From Escherichia phage vB_EcoM_Lh1B: a stretch of 64,000 nucleotides of DNA. Of the stretch, positions 1 through 9,095 are shown piece by piece. The translations under genes and the position numbers were made by a program. Within the stretch, counting starts at the first letter, position 1. Each line of letters begins with the position of its first letter. The stretch lies in the sequence record OK428535.1. The stretch is one strand, 5' to 3'. Under the pieces are notes generated by a model. That model worked only from the letters and a program-made list of their open reading frames with translations. It ran no database searches and was not told the origin of the DNA.

Positions 1-61
1 TTGATTCATGGCCAGAAGGCATTGAGGAAAAATCGAAAACGCGAGTTGACTTCTAAGTAAG

Positions 62-97
62 CTAGGCACTCTTCGGAGTGCCTATTATTTTTTTTCT
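62..97 (+). terminator. Rho-independent terminator for an upstream gene outside the window
   Basis: Inverted repeat taggcactc-ttcg-gagtgccta followed by a T-run. Confidence 0.6.
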
Positions 98-159
98 TTA
101 CGTATGCTCGCTATATTGTGACACCACTACAATTAATTAAACTTTTGGGGAAGAATAAA

Positions 160-783
160 ATGTTAAACTCAGTGGCGCTGGATGGTCCAGATTTTTCTGG
201 CAAATCAACACTCGCGAAAATGATTCAAGCGATGTTGCGCTCCGCTGGCGTTAATGTCATCATCGTCAATCACCCGACGAATACCACTGAAGCCGGTATT
301 AGTGCACGTTCTCTGGTTATCCAGCACGCTTCTAACGAACGCATTGCTAAAGCGATGTGTCTGGATTTCCAATACACGATGGATTTCGTTGTACCAGAGC
401 ACGATGTCGTTATTTTTGACCGTTTTTGTCAATCGACTATTGTCTACCAGGGCGTCGATGGTAAAGGGGAAGTTTTCCGTTCGCGGGTATTAGACCACAT
501 TAACGCACCAAAGCTTTACGTGGCAACCGATGTATCTTACGAAACCGCCACAGAACGCTTTAAGAAGCGCGTAGAGGCACAAGGTAAGAACTGGGATGAT
601 GAGGTACTGACAGCGAAGTATCTGCGCTCACAGACCGATTGGGACGCCTTACGCGACCATTACCGTTTTGCTTTCCACATCACCACAGATGGCGGCGATA
701 AGTTCCCGCTGATGCGTGTTACGGCTGACGACGATATAGCCTTACAAGCCGCCCGTATCGTTGAACGTATTCTGGCAGGTTAG
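160..783 (+). CDS. Nucleoside monophosphate kinase, thymidylate-kinase-like
   Basis: P-loop LDGPDFSGKST near the N-terminus, as in dTMP/dNMP kinases. ATG at 160 has a GGGGAAG Shine-Dalgarno; the track's GTG at 118 has none. Confidence 0.6.
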   Translation: MLNSVALDGPDFSGKSTLAKMIQAMLRSAGVNVIIVNHPTNTTEAGISARSLVIQHASNERIAKAMCLDFQYTMDFVVPEHDVVIFDRFCQSTIVYQGVDGKGEVFRSRVLDHINAPKLYVATDVSYETATERFKKRVEAQGKNWDDEVLTAKYLRSQTDWDALRDHYRFAFHITTDGGDKFPLMRVTADDDIALQAARIVERILAG

Positions 784-788
784 TTGTA

Positions 789-828
789 CCCCTCTTACCT
801 TCGGGTAAGAGGGCATTGTCTTTTTTTA
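789..828 (+). terminator. Rho-independent terminator
   Basis: cctcttacc-ttcg-ggtaagagg hairpin followed by a T7 run, directly after the stop at 781-783. Confidence 0.7.
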
Positions 829-860
829 CAGATCAGAACAGTCCTATGCTTTTTGCTTCC

Positions 861-947
861 AGTCCACTAAATTTCAGATATATATTACTTAGGTGAGAGT
901 TGCTCGTAAACTCTCTAATCGACTATTAATCTAAAAGGAGTATTCTA
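861..947 (+). promoter_or_regulatory. Promoter-like element plus 5' leader, copy 1 of a near-identical repeat (second copy at 20660-20738)
   Basis: TTTCAGATATATATTACTTAGGTGAGAGTT followed by CTAATCGAC..AAGGAG directly upstream of the start at 948; about 80 nt nearly identical to the 20.7 kb copy. Promoter function is inferred. Confidence 0.5.
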
Positions 948-1313
948 ATGCGTTTTAAACATCAAACCGTTGTGTTGGCAAAGAAAGCATTTCTGGTTCG
1001 TCTCTCTTACATTATTNCTCGTGTCACTGCGAAGGATGTTACGCAGAAAGACATTGCATTGTTGGTAGGCNGNTNNCCNNCACAAANNTNTGNGNTTAAA
1101 AATGAACGCGAGAAAGCCGTGACTATCGAAACTCTGATGCGTGTTGCCGATACACTGCGCCTGAATTACGAAATCGTTTACCGTTCCATCAACGGCAAAT
1201 GCCGCCATAGCTTCAAAATTGAATCCTGCATCGACTACATGAATAACTGTCCTATCCGGGTACGAGAAACAGGACTTAAAGTCATGGCACGTAAACCTTC
1301 TGCAGTGATGTAG
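948..1313 (+). CDS. Hypothetical protein, possible helix-turn-helix DNA binder
   Basis: ORF with AAGGAG Shine-Dalgarno. The segment VTAKDVTQKDIALLVG...KNEREKAVTIETLMRVADTLRL resembles an XRE-type HTH, but Ns interrupt the presumed recognition helix. Confidence 0.4.
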   Translation: MRFKHQTVVLAKKAFLVRLSYIIXRVTAKDVTQKDIALLVGXXXXQXXXXKNEREKAVTIETLMRVADTLRLNYEIVYRSINGKCRHSFKIESCIDYMNNCPIRVRETGLKVMARKPSAVM

Positions 1314-1324
1314 GGAGCAAACGT

Positions 1325-1711
1325 ATGAATTGGTATGTGAGCGGTATCACCCGTCGTGTAATGACGGAAGAGGATGATCGATGTAAACATCTTAAAGTGG
1401 GGTCTATAGCTCCACGTTATACGGCAGAGTGCGACCCATGGGGCCGCGAAACGTATTACATGTGCGAGAACTGCTGGGAAAAANTGCNGGNNNAAATNGN
1501 NGNTGAAGAAGTGGTNTGCGNCGATTGCAAAGGTACCTTCCCGAAACGGGATACTGTTGNGNGGAAATGGCACGACTTTGACCCCAGTCAAGGGGATAAA
1601 GAACTTTGTATCTGTAATAACTGCGTGTCTTTACCGACACATTTAAACCGTGTAGAGAATGACCGTCGGGCATTTGAACACGACTTTCCAGAAGCAGCTT
1701 TCTGGGATTAA
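1325..1711 (+). CDS. Hypothetical Cys-rich protein, possible zinc ribbon
   Basis: Paired cysteines (CENCW, CxDC, CICNNC); Ns present in the middle. Confidence 0.5.
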   Translation: MNWYVSGITRRVMTEEDDRCKHLKVGSIAPRYTAECDPWGRETYYMCENCWEKXXXXXXXEEVXCXDCKGTFPKRDTVXXKWHDFDPSQGDKELCICNNCVSLPTHLNRVENDRRAFEHDFPEAAFWD

Positions 1712-2250
1712 CTAGTATAACCCTTAAGGAGTATATCATGGCGAAGGCCCCTAAAACTGTAGCAAAAGATTCAATGGCAAGCAACGCGATTAAAGCCACA
1801 AAAACGCGTACTACCGAATTTCCACGTTCACCTACCATTCCTAAACCGGATGTAATTGTACCAATCAGTGAACGTCTGAAAACGATTCACATCGAACGTG
1901 AATTTCCGATTGACCTTGGTCAGGAAATCGTTGCGGTTAATCTTGGTAGTGATGTCCGCTTTACTATCTACAAGGGATTAACTAGTGTAAACCTTAAGGA
2001 GTATATCATGGCGAAGGCCCCTAAAACTGTAGCAAAAGATTCAACGGCAAGCACCGCGACTAAATCTGCAAAAACGTCTACTACAGAATTTCCACGTTCA
2101 CCTACCATTCCCAAACCGGATGTAATTGTACCAATCAGTGAACGTCTGAAAACAATTCACATCGAGCGCGAATATCCGATTGACCTTGGTCAGGAAATCG
2201 TTGCGGTTAACCTTGGTAGCGACGTACGCTTTACCATCTATAAAGGCGCG
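1711..2250 (+). repeat. Diverged tandem direct duplication of two ~270 bp units covering the RBS, start codon and first ~80 codons of the gene at 1738
   Basis: Unit 1 (about 1711-1980) and unit 2 (about 1981-2250) both begin ACTAGT(A/G)TAA(A)CCTTAAGGAGTATATCATGGCGAAGGCCCCTAAAACTG and stay collinear with scattered mismatches. Confidence 0.85.
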
Positions 2251-2664
2251 CATCTGAACAACATGGTGCTAACCCGTGGTGATGAAGTTATCGGTCTGTC
2301 TCGTTACGACACGCAAATCGAAAACATCTATCCGGTGTTTGCAGTAGCGATGTTGCGTTTGTTCATGCAGGATAAAGCCGACCTTTGTGGTCAGCTTGCG
2401 GGTATGGCGGATCGTGTTGGTCATATTCTGCCGACGCTGGTGAAACTGTACCCAGTTACGATTGACGTGGCGTTTACTACTGTAGACAACAACCACGGTT
2501 ATATCGTGCTGACCAAAGACGGTAAAGTTATCGCTGGTAATCTGACTGATAACGAAGTGCAGAAGCATATGGACAAATTTGCGTTCATGGTGAATCGCTT
2601 GGCGCACGTCAGTGTCAAACATTCTGAAACTTGGACGACGCTTGTCTCCAAACCTGAACTGTAA
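1738..2664 (+). CDS. Hypothetical protein with an internal 90-aa tandem repeat
   Basis: ORF reads in frame through both duplication units. A second in-frame AAGGAG+ATG at 2008 could yield a shorter isoform. Confidence 0.7.
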   Translation: MAKAPKTVAKDSMASNAIKATKTRTTEFPRSPTIPKPDVIVPISERLKTIHIEREFPIDLGQEIVAVNLGSDVRFTIYKGLTSVNLKEYIMAKAPKTVAKDSTASTATKSAKTSTTEFPRSPTIPKPDVIVPISERLKTIHIEREYPIDLGQEIVAVNLGSDVRFTIYKGAHLNNMVLTRGDEVIGLSRYDTQIENIYPVFAVAMLRLFMQDKADLCGQLAGMADRVGHILPTLVKLYPVTIDVAFTTVDNNHGYIVLTKDGKVIAGNLTDNEVQKHMDKFAFMVNRLAHVSVKHSETWTTLVSKPEL

Positions 2665-2667
2665 TCA

Positions 2668-2705
2668 TTAAGGGGTCTTCGGACCCCTTAATTTTTTGTC
2701 TTTTT
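2668..2705 (+). terminator. Rho-independent terminator
   Basis: aaggggtc-ttcg-gacccctt hairpin followed by a T-run. Confidence 0.75.
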
Positions 2706-2753
2706 ACGCGTTATCCTCATGTTGTGACAGCATTACCTTTTGAGGGCATTACA

Positions 2754-3752
2754 ATGAAAACTGTGGCTAAATTGTTCCGCAGCAGCATTCGCTCTGCCGA
2801 GTTCCAAAATAACGTCGGTACCGATACTGTACGAGCACGCCGCCTAAAAGAGTTTCTAAAGGACGAGACTTATTCTGTTTACGTGGTACGGAATAAAGAA
2901 ACCTGGGAGGGTTATTTAGTGGCCACCTATCGACACGGTGACCCTACACTAACCTGTCACTATTTTGAGGAGTTTGTACCTGGGGCATTCGATAAAGTTG
3001 GTTTAGCCCTTGTGCTCGACCACACAGGCTTCGAATATATGTCGTGCCCGGCACCTACTGGCGATGTTGAACAAAAACTGGTCGAAAAAGGGTTTGTTCT
3101 TTCAGATATCGTCTGGGCATGTCATTCTAAACTGTTTGATAAAGTAATAACTGCATCGGAAATCAAGATTATTTCTGGTGACGCATACGCAGAACTTTCC
3201 AAGGACGACAAAGACGTTATCCTGAATCTGGTCAGTGGTGCAATTTGCGAAGAGCTAGAGTACGATGTGCGCGGCCACTATACGCACATTGGTCCGTTAG
3301 CAGAAACAGTAATAGCAAGAATTCAGCACGCTAATGTGGAAACCGCGATTNGGCNNNACGGGCGTGATATCGTCGGCATTGCCCAAATGCGTTTGGTCGC
3401 GCCAGGCGTCGTTGAACTTTCTGGCTTGACGGTTGCACCTACGCATCGTAAACGTGGCATTGGTCGCCGGTTAATGGGCGCGCTATTCGATTTCGCACAA
3501 CGTCACTCCGACCAAGTCTATATTGAAACAGCTGCTGATAATAATCCGGCAAATCATCTGTATGGCAACATTCTGCGTTGCAAACAGGTACTGCGTACGC
3601 TAACGTTGAAACGCGACCCNGAGCTTATNAGNTGGAAANGNGNAAAAGGGAACCGCGCCGACCGAGTGCTGAAAGAAGAACCTNGCCTCCCGGTGGAGAC
3701 CAACCCCAGACCAACGATTAATGACATGTTTCAATCTGGCATGAGAGGATAG
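2754..3752 (+). CDS. Protein with a C-terminal GNAT acetyltransferase domain
   Basis: GNAT motif A RKRGIGRRLM in the segment VELSGLTVAPTHRKRGIGRRLMGALFDFA. ATG at 2754 has a GAGGG Shine-Dalgarno; the track's GTG at 2724 has none. Confidence 0.65.
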   Translation: MKTVAKLFRSSIRSAEFQNNVGTDTVRARRLKEFLKDETYSVYVVRNKETWEGYLVATYRHGDPTLTCHYFEEFVPGAFDKVGLALVLDHTGFEYMSCPAPTGDVEQKLVEKGFVLSDIVWACHSKLFDKVITASEIKIISGDAYAELSKDDKDVILNLVSGAICEELEYDVRGHYTHIGPLAETVIARIQHANVETAIXXXGRDIVGIAQMRLVAPGVVELSGLTVAPTHRKRGIGRRLMGALFDFAQRHSDQVYIETAADNNPANHLYGNILRCKQVLRTLTLKRDXELXXWKXXKGNRADRVLKEEPXLPVETNPRPTINDMFQSGMRG

Positions 3753-3758
3753 TAACGG

Positions 3759-4577
3759 ATGATAAGACCAATTTTAAAATGGATGGGTGGTAAGAGTCGT
3801 GTACTGTCCGAGCTTCTACAGGTGCTTCCGGATGCTGAGTATTTCGTTGAACCGTTTGTGGGTGCAGGGTCAGTGTTTTTAAACACTAAATACCCGAACT
3901 ATATTCTCGGCGNCACGAACCCGGACTTAATCGAGTTACTAACCATGGCGCGCGATCGTCCGGAAGCATTGATACTGGAAGCAAAGGCGCTCTTTGCAAA
4001 TGGGCTGGACCGCGGTCTGTACATGAAACGGNGNGNNGAAAAAAACAANGAGACAACCNCGGGGAAACCTAATNTCCAGCGCGCTGCGATGTTCCTGTAT
4101 CTTACACGTCATGGTTACAACGGCTTGTGCAGATACAATCAGTCGGGTGGGTTTAACGTNCCCTATGGTCAACATCCGAACGGTGTCTATTTCCCTGAAG
4201 AGGAAATTCTGGCGTGGGCAAAACGTTGTTCGGAAACTAACGTNGAGCNGCTCTGCGCCGACTTCCGCGACATCCTAAATAAGTGCCCATCTAACGCAGT
4301 GATATACGCTGACCCGCCATACATCCCACTTTCGGATACGGCTAAACATGCGCAGTATCACAGCAAGGAATTTTCACAAGCTGACCACCGCGAGTTAGCG
4401 AAACTTTTAAAACAACAAGCTGCCGATGGCAATAAGGTCGTTCTGTCAAACGCAGATACGTTACTCACACGTGACATCTACTACGGTTTTACCTGGCGTG
4501 AAGTTCAGGTGGGCCGATATATGTCCGCCGATGCGAATAAACGTAAAGCGGTGACAGAGCTAATCGGCACCTTATAA
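3759..4577 (+). CDS. dam: DNA adenine methyltransferase (Dam family)
   Basis: Near-identical blocks to E. coli Dam: LKWMGGK (cf. LKWAGGK), FVEPFVGAGSVFLNT, LYLTRHGYNGLCRYN, ADPPYIPLS (DPPY catalytic motif). Confidence 0.9.
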   Translation: MIRPILKWMGGKSRVLSELLQVLPDAEYFVEPFVGAGSVFLNTKYPNYILGXTNPDLIELLTMARDRPEALILEAKALFANGLDRGLYMKRXXEKNXETTXGKPNXQRAAMFLYLTRHGYNGLCRYNQSGGFNXPYGQHPNGVYFPEEEILAWAKRCSETNXEXLCADFRDILNKCPSNAVIYADPPYIPLSDTAKHAQYHSKEFSQADHRELAKLLKQQAADGNKVVLSNADTLLTRDIYYGFTWREVQVGRYMSADANKRKAVTELIGTL

Positions 4578-4586
4578 GGTACCAAC

Positions 4587-5390
4587 ATGCAACTATTTAA
4601 TCTATACGGTATGGACAAAAATGACCTGACCGTAGAGTTTAGTGGTCGATTGACCACCTTGGGGCAACTCCGTGAACGGATTCAAGATTTGCGACCCGTC
4701 GCAGACCAAGAAGATGATCATTGGTTAGTGTTGAGCAATAGCGGTCGTGCGCAAATGTATTTTCGTGGATGTCGTTCAGGTATTGTTTACTACATCTACG
4801 AGTTGCACGTGCTTTCCGAGCCCCTGTTCCACGAGTGGAAGCGTTTAACGCGACTCCTGGAAGTGCAGATGCTTGATATTACCTGTTTTCCGCATGACAC
4901 CGAACATGCGGCATTGTACCAACGTCTGGGGTTCGAAGCTGTAACGAAGCGTGTGGAGATTACTGTCAGTCCGAAATACGGTTTTACGTCAGACCCATCG
5001 GTTGTCCCGTTGGAGACATTGTCATTAGAACAAACCCAAGATGTTTGCTATCTAATGCGACCCNCNCTAAAAGACGCAGGAACGCGTGAGATGTTGGGTG
5101 AATTAGCAAATGGTTTTGTCTCTGCGTTCGTGGGGTTGCGCGGTCAGAAACCGTTTTCATTAATGCTTTATAAGGAGTTCCCGAAGAGCATCATTACTGA
5201 GCAATTCTGCTGCCAAACTTTTGACCCGATTGCCTACTCGGTAGAGTTTCTAAAACACCACCACGCCATTTTGCATTTGGCGGGACAGAAAGGTAAGAAG
5301 GTCAACATGGGTGTTGCGATAGAGCACGAGTTTCCTTCTATCGAAGGGTTAGAGTATCGTGTAATCACGCATCACTACACCCTTGCGTAA
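4587..5390 (+). CDS. Hypothetical protein
   Basis: 267-aa ORF with protein-like composition, tightly packed after dam. Confidence 0.6.
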   Translation: MQLFNLYGMDKNDLTVEFSGRLTTLGQLRERIQDLRPVADQEDDHWLVLSNSGRAQMYFRGCRSGIVYYIYELHVLSEPLFHEWKRLTRLLEVQMLDITCFPHDTEHAALYQRLGFEAVTKRVEITVSPKYGFTSDPSVVPLETLSLEQTQDVCYLMRPXLKDAGTREMLGELANGFVSAFVGLRGQKPFSLMLYKEFPKSIITEQFCCQTFDPIAYSVEFLKHHHAILHLAGQKGKKVNMGVAIEHEFPSIEGLEYRVITHHYTLA

Positions 5391-5399
5391 GGAGAGAAT

Positions 5400-6212
5400 A
5401 TGCTGAGAGTTATCGAACGCACGGAGAGGATTCTGGACCGAACGTGGTTGGAAGACCGTAAAGCGTTATCGTTGTTAAATGATATCGATCCTTCCACGTT
5501 ACAAGATGAACGTCGTCTTTACTACCGAATCTTTGAAGTGTTCAGTCGGGACACAGTTGCGCCTGATGCGATTGTGCTCTGTCTGGACCACGGATACATG
5601 TTAGAAGTTATCAACATGGTTCGTGCTTTAGACGCCCAGTTAACCTCGCTTGCGGATGCTTTACTCCGCTCGGCGGGGTGTAACTACGCGATGCATTTTA
5701 CTCGTTCGGAAGGGGACGAATATGCTCGCATGGGCTTTTGTTGCGAAACGATAAACTACCGCAAAATTAATACATCGGTGCCTAGCCACGATGAGGATTT
5801 CTGTGGGGATGTCAGTTCGTTGTTCGATAGTAAGAAAGCGTTCTTGGATTGGGTTAGAATGCTTTACGGTACAAGCTCTATCTACTCAACGCTCGTTATG
5901 GGTGGGAGGCTGATGTCGTGGCGGAACGCCGATAGCTACAAGTTGACAGTGCTCTCACATCGTGGACAACGCTGGGTTATTGGTGGATGGTTTACCGCAG
6001 AAGGGGTGGTTACCCTAAGCCGTGAGGAGTTCGGACTGTTGATGCATTGTATCCAATCCGAATTACCGGTGGGGGATGAATTAGTTTACACTTACCACCA
6101 ATATACTGGGGGACCAGCCGCAATGTGGTTATTAGAAAACGGTTGGCTACCCGAAAGTTATGTGTACGGACGTGCCCTGAAAACTACTAATGGAGAAAAT
6201 AATGCAAATTAA
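5400..6212 (+). CDS. Hypothetical protein
   Basis: 270-aa ORF with AAGGAG Shine-Dalgarno. Confidence 0.6.
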   Translation: MLRVIERTERILDRTWLEDRKALSLLNDIDPSTLQDERRLYYRIFEVFSRDTVAPDAIVLCLDHGYMLEVINMVRALDAQLTSLADALLRSAGCNYAMHFTRSEGDEYARMGFCCETINYRKINTSVPSHDEDFCGDVSSLFDSKKAFLDWVRMLYGTSSIYSTLVMGGRLMSWRNADSYKLTVLSHRGQRWVIGGWFTAEGVVTLSREEFGLLMHCIQSELPVGDELVYTYHQYTGGPAAMWLLENGWLPESYVYGRALKTTNGENNAN

Positions 6213-6480
6213 TCGTACAGTGTCGAAGTCTAAAGAAGTCGTTTACAACGTTGAGGACGGCGACGTAATGCAGTTCCGTGCCGTTATTGACGAACAGCAC
6301 GTACTCCAAGTTGTTTATTCGAAAGAAGAGATGACTCGTGCACATAGTCGCGTGTTGGAAAAGCTCGTCGCGAAAGCCAAACAACGCGACGGCATTAAAT
6401 CCTACAACGTTATGTACGGTTATCAGTTACGTGAGGTGGAAGGGGAGCTGTTAATCACCCCTGTTCCGGTAACGGCGTAA
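6202..6480 (+). CDS. Hypothetical protein
   Basis: ATG at 6202 has a GGAG Shine-Dalgarno and overlaps the previous stop; the track's alternative start is 6190. Confidence 0.55.
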   Translation: MQINRTVSKSKEVVYNVEDGDVMQFRAVIDEQHVLQVVYSKEEMTRAHSRVLEKLVAKAKQRDGIKSYNVMYGYQLREVEGELLITPVPVTA

Positions 6481-6520
6481 TTCGCCATTGTATGACCCTT
6501 AAACACCGTTGAGGTTAACT

Positions 6521-7003
6521 ATGGATATGATCGAATTAGGTCAGCTCCCTCAGCACGATTTCGATTTAGGCGTGCGTCATGAGGAAGGGGCCGACGCGAA
6601 CACACTAATGGCCCGCTACTACGAGCTACTGACCGGTCAACCGTTGGACGATGAACACATCAACCGTTTTGAAAAACTGTTGGCACAACTCATCACCTCT
6701 AACGCAGAACGCATTGGCATGTTGAACGAAATGAACTTTGCCGATGTAGAGCCATCAGACGCTCAGAAGATTCTTATCGATGGTCCTGTGCCAAGCGATG
6801 AAGTACAAGACCTTCTGGCAGGTATCCGTGCAGGCTTCGATGAAGCTGCTGAGAAATACGCGGAAGAGCTGGCAGATGTCGATTTGGCTGCGCCGGTTGA
6901 CCCGAATCCGTCTGCAGAGGAGACGGCAGCTGCGAAATTGAAACTCGCACGCTTTATCTGTGCTGCTGTCCTGACAGACGACCGCGAAGAAAACCAACTG
7001 TAA
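6521..7003 (+). CDS. Hypothetical acidic protein
   Basis: ATG at 6521 follows GAGG; the track start is a TTG at 6509. Asp/Glu-rich C-terminal half. Confidence 0.55.
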   Translation: MDMIELGQLPQHDFDLGVRHEEGADANTLMARYYELLTGQPLDDEHINRFEKLLAQLITSNAERIGMLNEMNFADVEPSDAQKILIDGPVPSDEVQDLLAGIRAGFDEAAEKYAEELADVDLAAPVDPNPSAEETAAAKLKLARFICAAVLTDDREENQL

Positions 7004-7009
7004 GGTTTG

Positions 7010-7046
7010 CCTCCTTGCCCACGGGTAAGGAGGTCCCTTTTTATTT
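7010..7046 (+). terminator. Rho-independent terminator
   Basis: cctcctt...aaggagg hairpin followed by a T-run. A CAGTCCACTAA box follows, also seen at about 853. Confidence 0.6.
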
Positions 7047-7099
7047 ACATCAGTCCACTAACTTATGTGAAACAACCCACGTAAAGAGGAATTAAGAGA

Positions 7100-7417
7100 A
7101 TGTGGTTAAGTGCTATTCATCGTGACCTGCCGAAACGTAAAGTAACTATTAATGTCGATGCGGAACCGATTGAAGTCGGTATGGCTAAGTTCGATCGTAT
7201 GGAAGAAGGTCAGTTCGTCGTTGTGGATAATGATGAAAACGAATTCATGTTATTCCATCCCGAAGTTGATGCGTCTGAAATCCGCGAGGGTTCTATCTTG
7301 TTTTCTTGGCAAGACAAAGAAACTAAACAGTGGATGTGGTGCGTTGCTAACACAACCAATGAAAAAGGTACCGCGTATGCCCCAGGACAGCTTCATGTCG
7401 AACCTAAACCCCATTGA
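7100..7417 (+). CDS. Hypothetical protein
   Basis: 105-aa ORF with AAGAGG upstream. Confidence 0.6.
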   Translation: MWLSAIHRDLPKRKVTINVDAEPIEVGMAKFDRMEEGQFVVVDNDENEFMLFHPEVDASEIREGSILFSWQDKETKQWMWCVANTTNEKGTAYAPGQLHVEPKPH

Positions 7418-7709
7418 GCCCACGCTGACGCACCAGGAACTGCACGTCCGTTTTATTCGGGCGTTCACACCCCCGTTAGGTGGTGAGGTACACGATCGTT
7501 CCGTGGTTGCAGAAGTTAAAGGTATCGGCGAAGAACTAATGACACTGTCTAATATTGTGACGGGTGTTGAGTTCACGTTACCGTTAAACGTATTTCGGTT
7601 TATTCCGCGCGTAAACGAAACGCTGCTCATCGACCGTGTACATCATCGGATTATGGCGCAGGTACATCCTAGCCGTAAAGAGTATGTGCGCTTAGAGATG
7701 ATGGTCTAA
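7377..7709 (+). CDS. Hypothetical protein, start uncertain
   Basis: Downstream part of track ORF 7152-7709. In-frame ATGs at 7377 and 7395 both have an A/G-rich Shine-Dalgarno; the upstream part of the track ORF overlaps the 7100-7417 gene out of frame. Confidence 0.4.
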   Translation: MPQDSFMSNLNPIEPTLTHQELHVRFIRAFTPPLGGEVHDRSVVAEVKGIGEELMTLSNIVTGVEFTLPLNVFRFIPRVNETLLIDRVHHRIMAQVHPSRKEYVRLEMMV

Positions 7710-7717
7710 CGCACGAC

Positions 7718-7752
7718 TTTTCAGATAGATGTTATTTTACTGAACCTAACTG
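7718..7752 (+). promoter_or_regulatory. Promoter-like motif TTTCAGATAGATGTTAT..TGAACCT (variant 2)
   Basis: Same core as the 861 and 20660 elements; a near-identical variant sits at 16118-16150. Lies about 50 nt upstream of the start at 7772. Confidence 0.45.
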
Positions 7753-7771
7753 TAAAGAAAGGAAAAAGTAG

Positions 7772-8077
7772 ATGGCTAAACAATACACAATTGTCAAACG
7801 TGCAGGTACGACTCTGCTGTACGTGGAGAAAGGTTGTGAGAACACTGCAACCGCCAAGAAACTGAATCTGCAAGGGTTTCTGTATCAAGGTCTCCGCGCG
7901 GGTTTGACCATCACTTTTAAAGGCTTACCACAGGCGAAGAATCTGCGCGTCGTACGTGCAGACGGTGTAGAGCGTGCCTTGGTAGCCGACACCCCGGTTG
8001 ATACTATCCCTGCCACTAAGAAGGCAGCGAAAGCAACCAAGAAAGTCGTCGATAAACGCAAACGCGTTGTCGCTTAA
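7772..8077 (+). CDS. Hypothetical protein with a basic C-terminal tail
   Basis: Ends KKAAKATKKVVDKRKRVVA; a nucleic-acid-binding role is a guess. Confidence 0.6.
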   Translation: MAKQYTIVKRAGTTLLYVEKGCENTATAKKLNLQGFLYQGLRAGLTITFKGLPQAKNLRVVRADGVERALVADTPVDTIPATKKAAKATKKVVDKRKRVVA

Positions 8078-8082
8078 GTAGT

Positions 8083-8124
8083 CCCCTACCTAACTTCGGT
8101 TAGGTAGGGTTCTTTTTATTTTTA
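8083..8124 (+). terminator. Rho-independent terminator
   Basis: cccctacctaac-ttcg-gttaggtaggg hairpin followed by a T-run. Confidence 0.75.
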
Positions 8125-8143
8125 ACCCTCTGGGGGATATACC

Positions 8144-8596
8144 ATGTTTCAATGTTCAGTCGTCAATGATGCGGAATTGGCCGTGTACAAGCAGCGCACA
8201 ATCCGGGCGCTGGATGCTGAAAAACCAGTCGATCTTAAAACGCGTGCAATCATTAGGGCATTTAGCGAATGGCCGAACATCGCAACCGTTTGGGCATTCA
8301 CGGGAGAAGTTCGCAAAGACGGAGACAAGCTTCGTACACGTAGACACCACAGCTTAACATTTGTGGCAACCGTGGCGGGTCTTAAAGACATTAACCATTT
8401 ATTAGAAGGATGGCAGCCGCACGAGTACGGGAAACGTTTTCAGTTAAACTTTACTTGGCTGCGTCAAGAAGGCAATGCGAATCTCTGTTATCCAAGCTGG
8501 ACGTTTAGACTCAACTATCGACCCGACCCAGATGTGATGGAAAGTGTGATGGAGCACTGGCTCGCACTCGCAATTTTTACAGAACACAACCATTAA
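8144..8596 (+). CDS. Hypothetical protein
   Basis: 150-aa ORF. Confidence 0.55.
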   Translation: MFQCSVVNDAELAVYKQRTIRALDAEKPVDLKTRAIIRAFSEWPNIATVWAFTGEVRKDGDKLRTRRHHSLTFVATVAGLKDINHLLEGWQPHEYGKRFQLNFTWLRQEGNANLCYPSWTFRLNYRPDPDVMESVMEHWLALAIFTEHNH

Positions 8597-8624
8597 ATGA
8601 AGACAACCTTAAGGAGAATTAAAG

Positions 8625-9095
8625 ATGCCAGTTTTATACGGCGGCGTGGACCTGGATGTTCTGGGTCGGTTTAAACTACGAACGTCTAAGGCGCTCGTAA
8701 ACGGTTGGGTTGAGAAAGGCGTACGGGATGCGTGTGAGGTCATTTGTAGTTATCCTGGTGCCACGACAATGTGGTCGTGTCACGGACACGGACCGTATTC
8801 TAAAAAGAACACACCGGGGGAATTTCATGTGGTGTTCGTTCTTGGCATCGGCTTTGAACACAAAGCACATGAGCTTGTCGCTGAGTTAATGAAAGCGGAT
8901 ATTCCGCCACTGTGGGATTTGTGCATGGCGAGACTCTTGTACCCTGATGAGGATTTCGTCTACGACCTCAGCGAGATCACCCTAAAGAACACGTATAACG
9001 CATGGAAAATAACGTATCGGCATCTGCATACCGAACAAACTCTTCGCGAAATTCGTAAAGTATTCCACACTGTCTGTAAAAAGGTTTTTAAGTAA
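8625..9095 (+). CDS. Hypothetical protein
   Basis: 156-aa ORF with AAGGAG Shine-Dalgarno. Confidence 0.6.
   Translation: MPVLYGGVDLDVLGRFKLRTSKALVNGWVEKGVRDACEVICSYPGATTMWSCHGHGPYSKKNTPGEFHVVFVLGIGFEHKAHELVAELMKADIPPLWDLCMARLLYPDEDFVYDLSEITLKNTYNAWKITYRHLHTEQTLREIRKVFHTVCKKVFK

Noticed and set aside
118-159. GTG start at 118 for the NMP kinase
   Set aside because: No RBS, and it would place about 14 extra residues before the P-loop; ATG at 160 with a GGGGAAG Shine-Dalgarno fits kinase architecture better.
7152-7376. 5' part of the 185-aa track ORF 7152-7709
   Set aside because: It overlaps the well-formed 7100-7417 gene in another frame; only the downstream part (from about 7377) looks like an independent gene.
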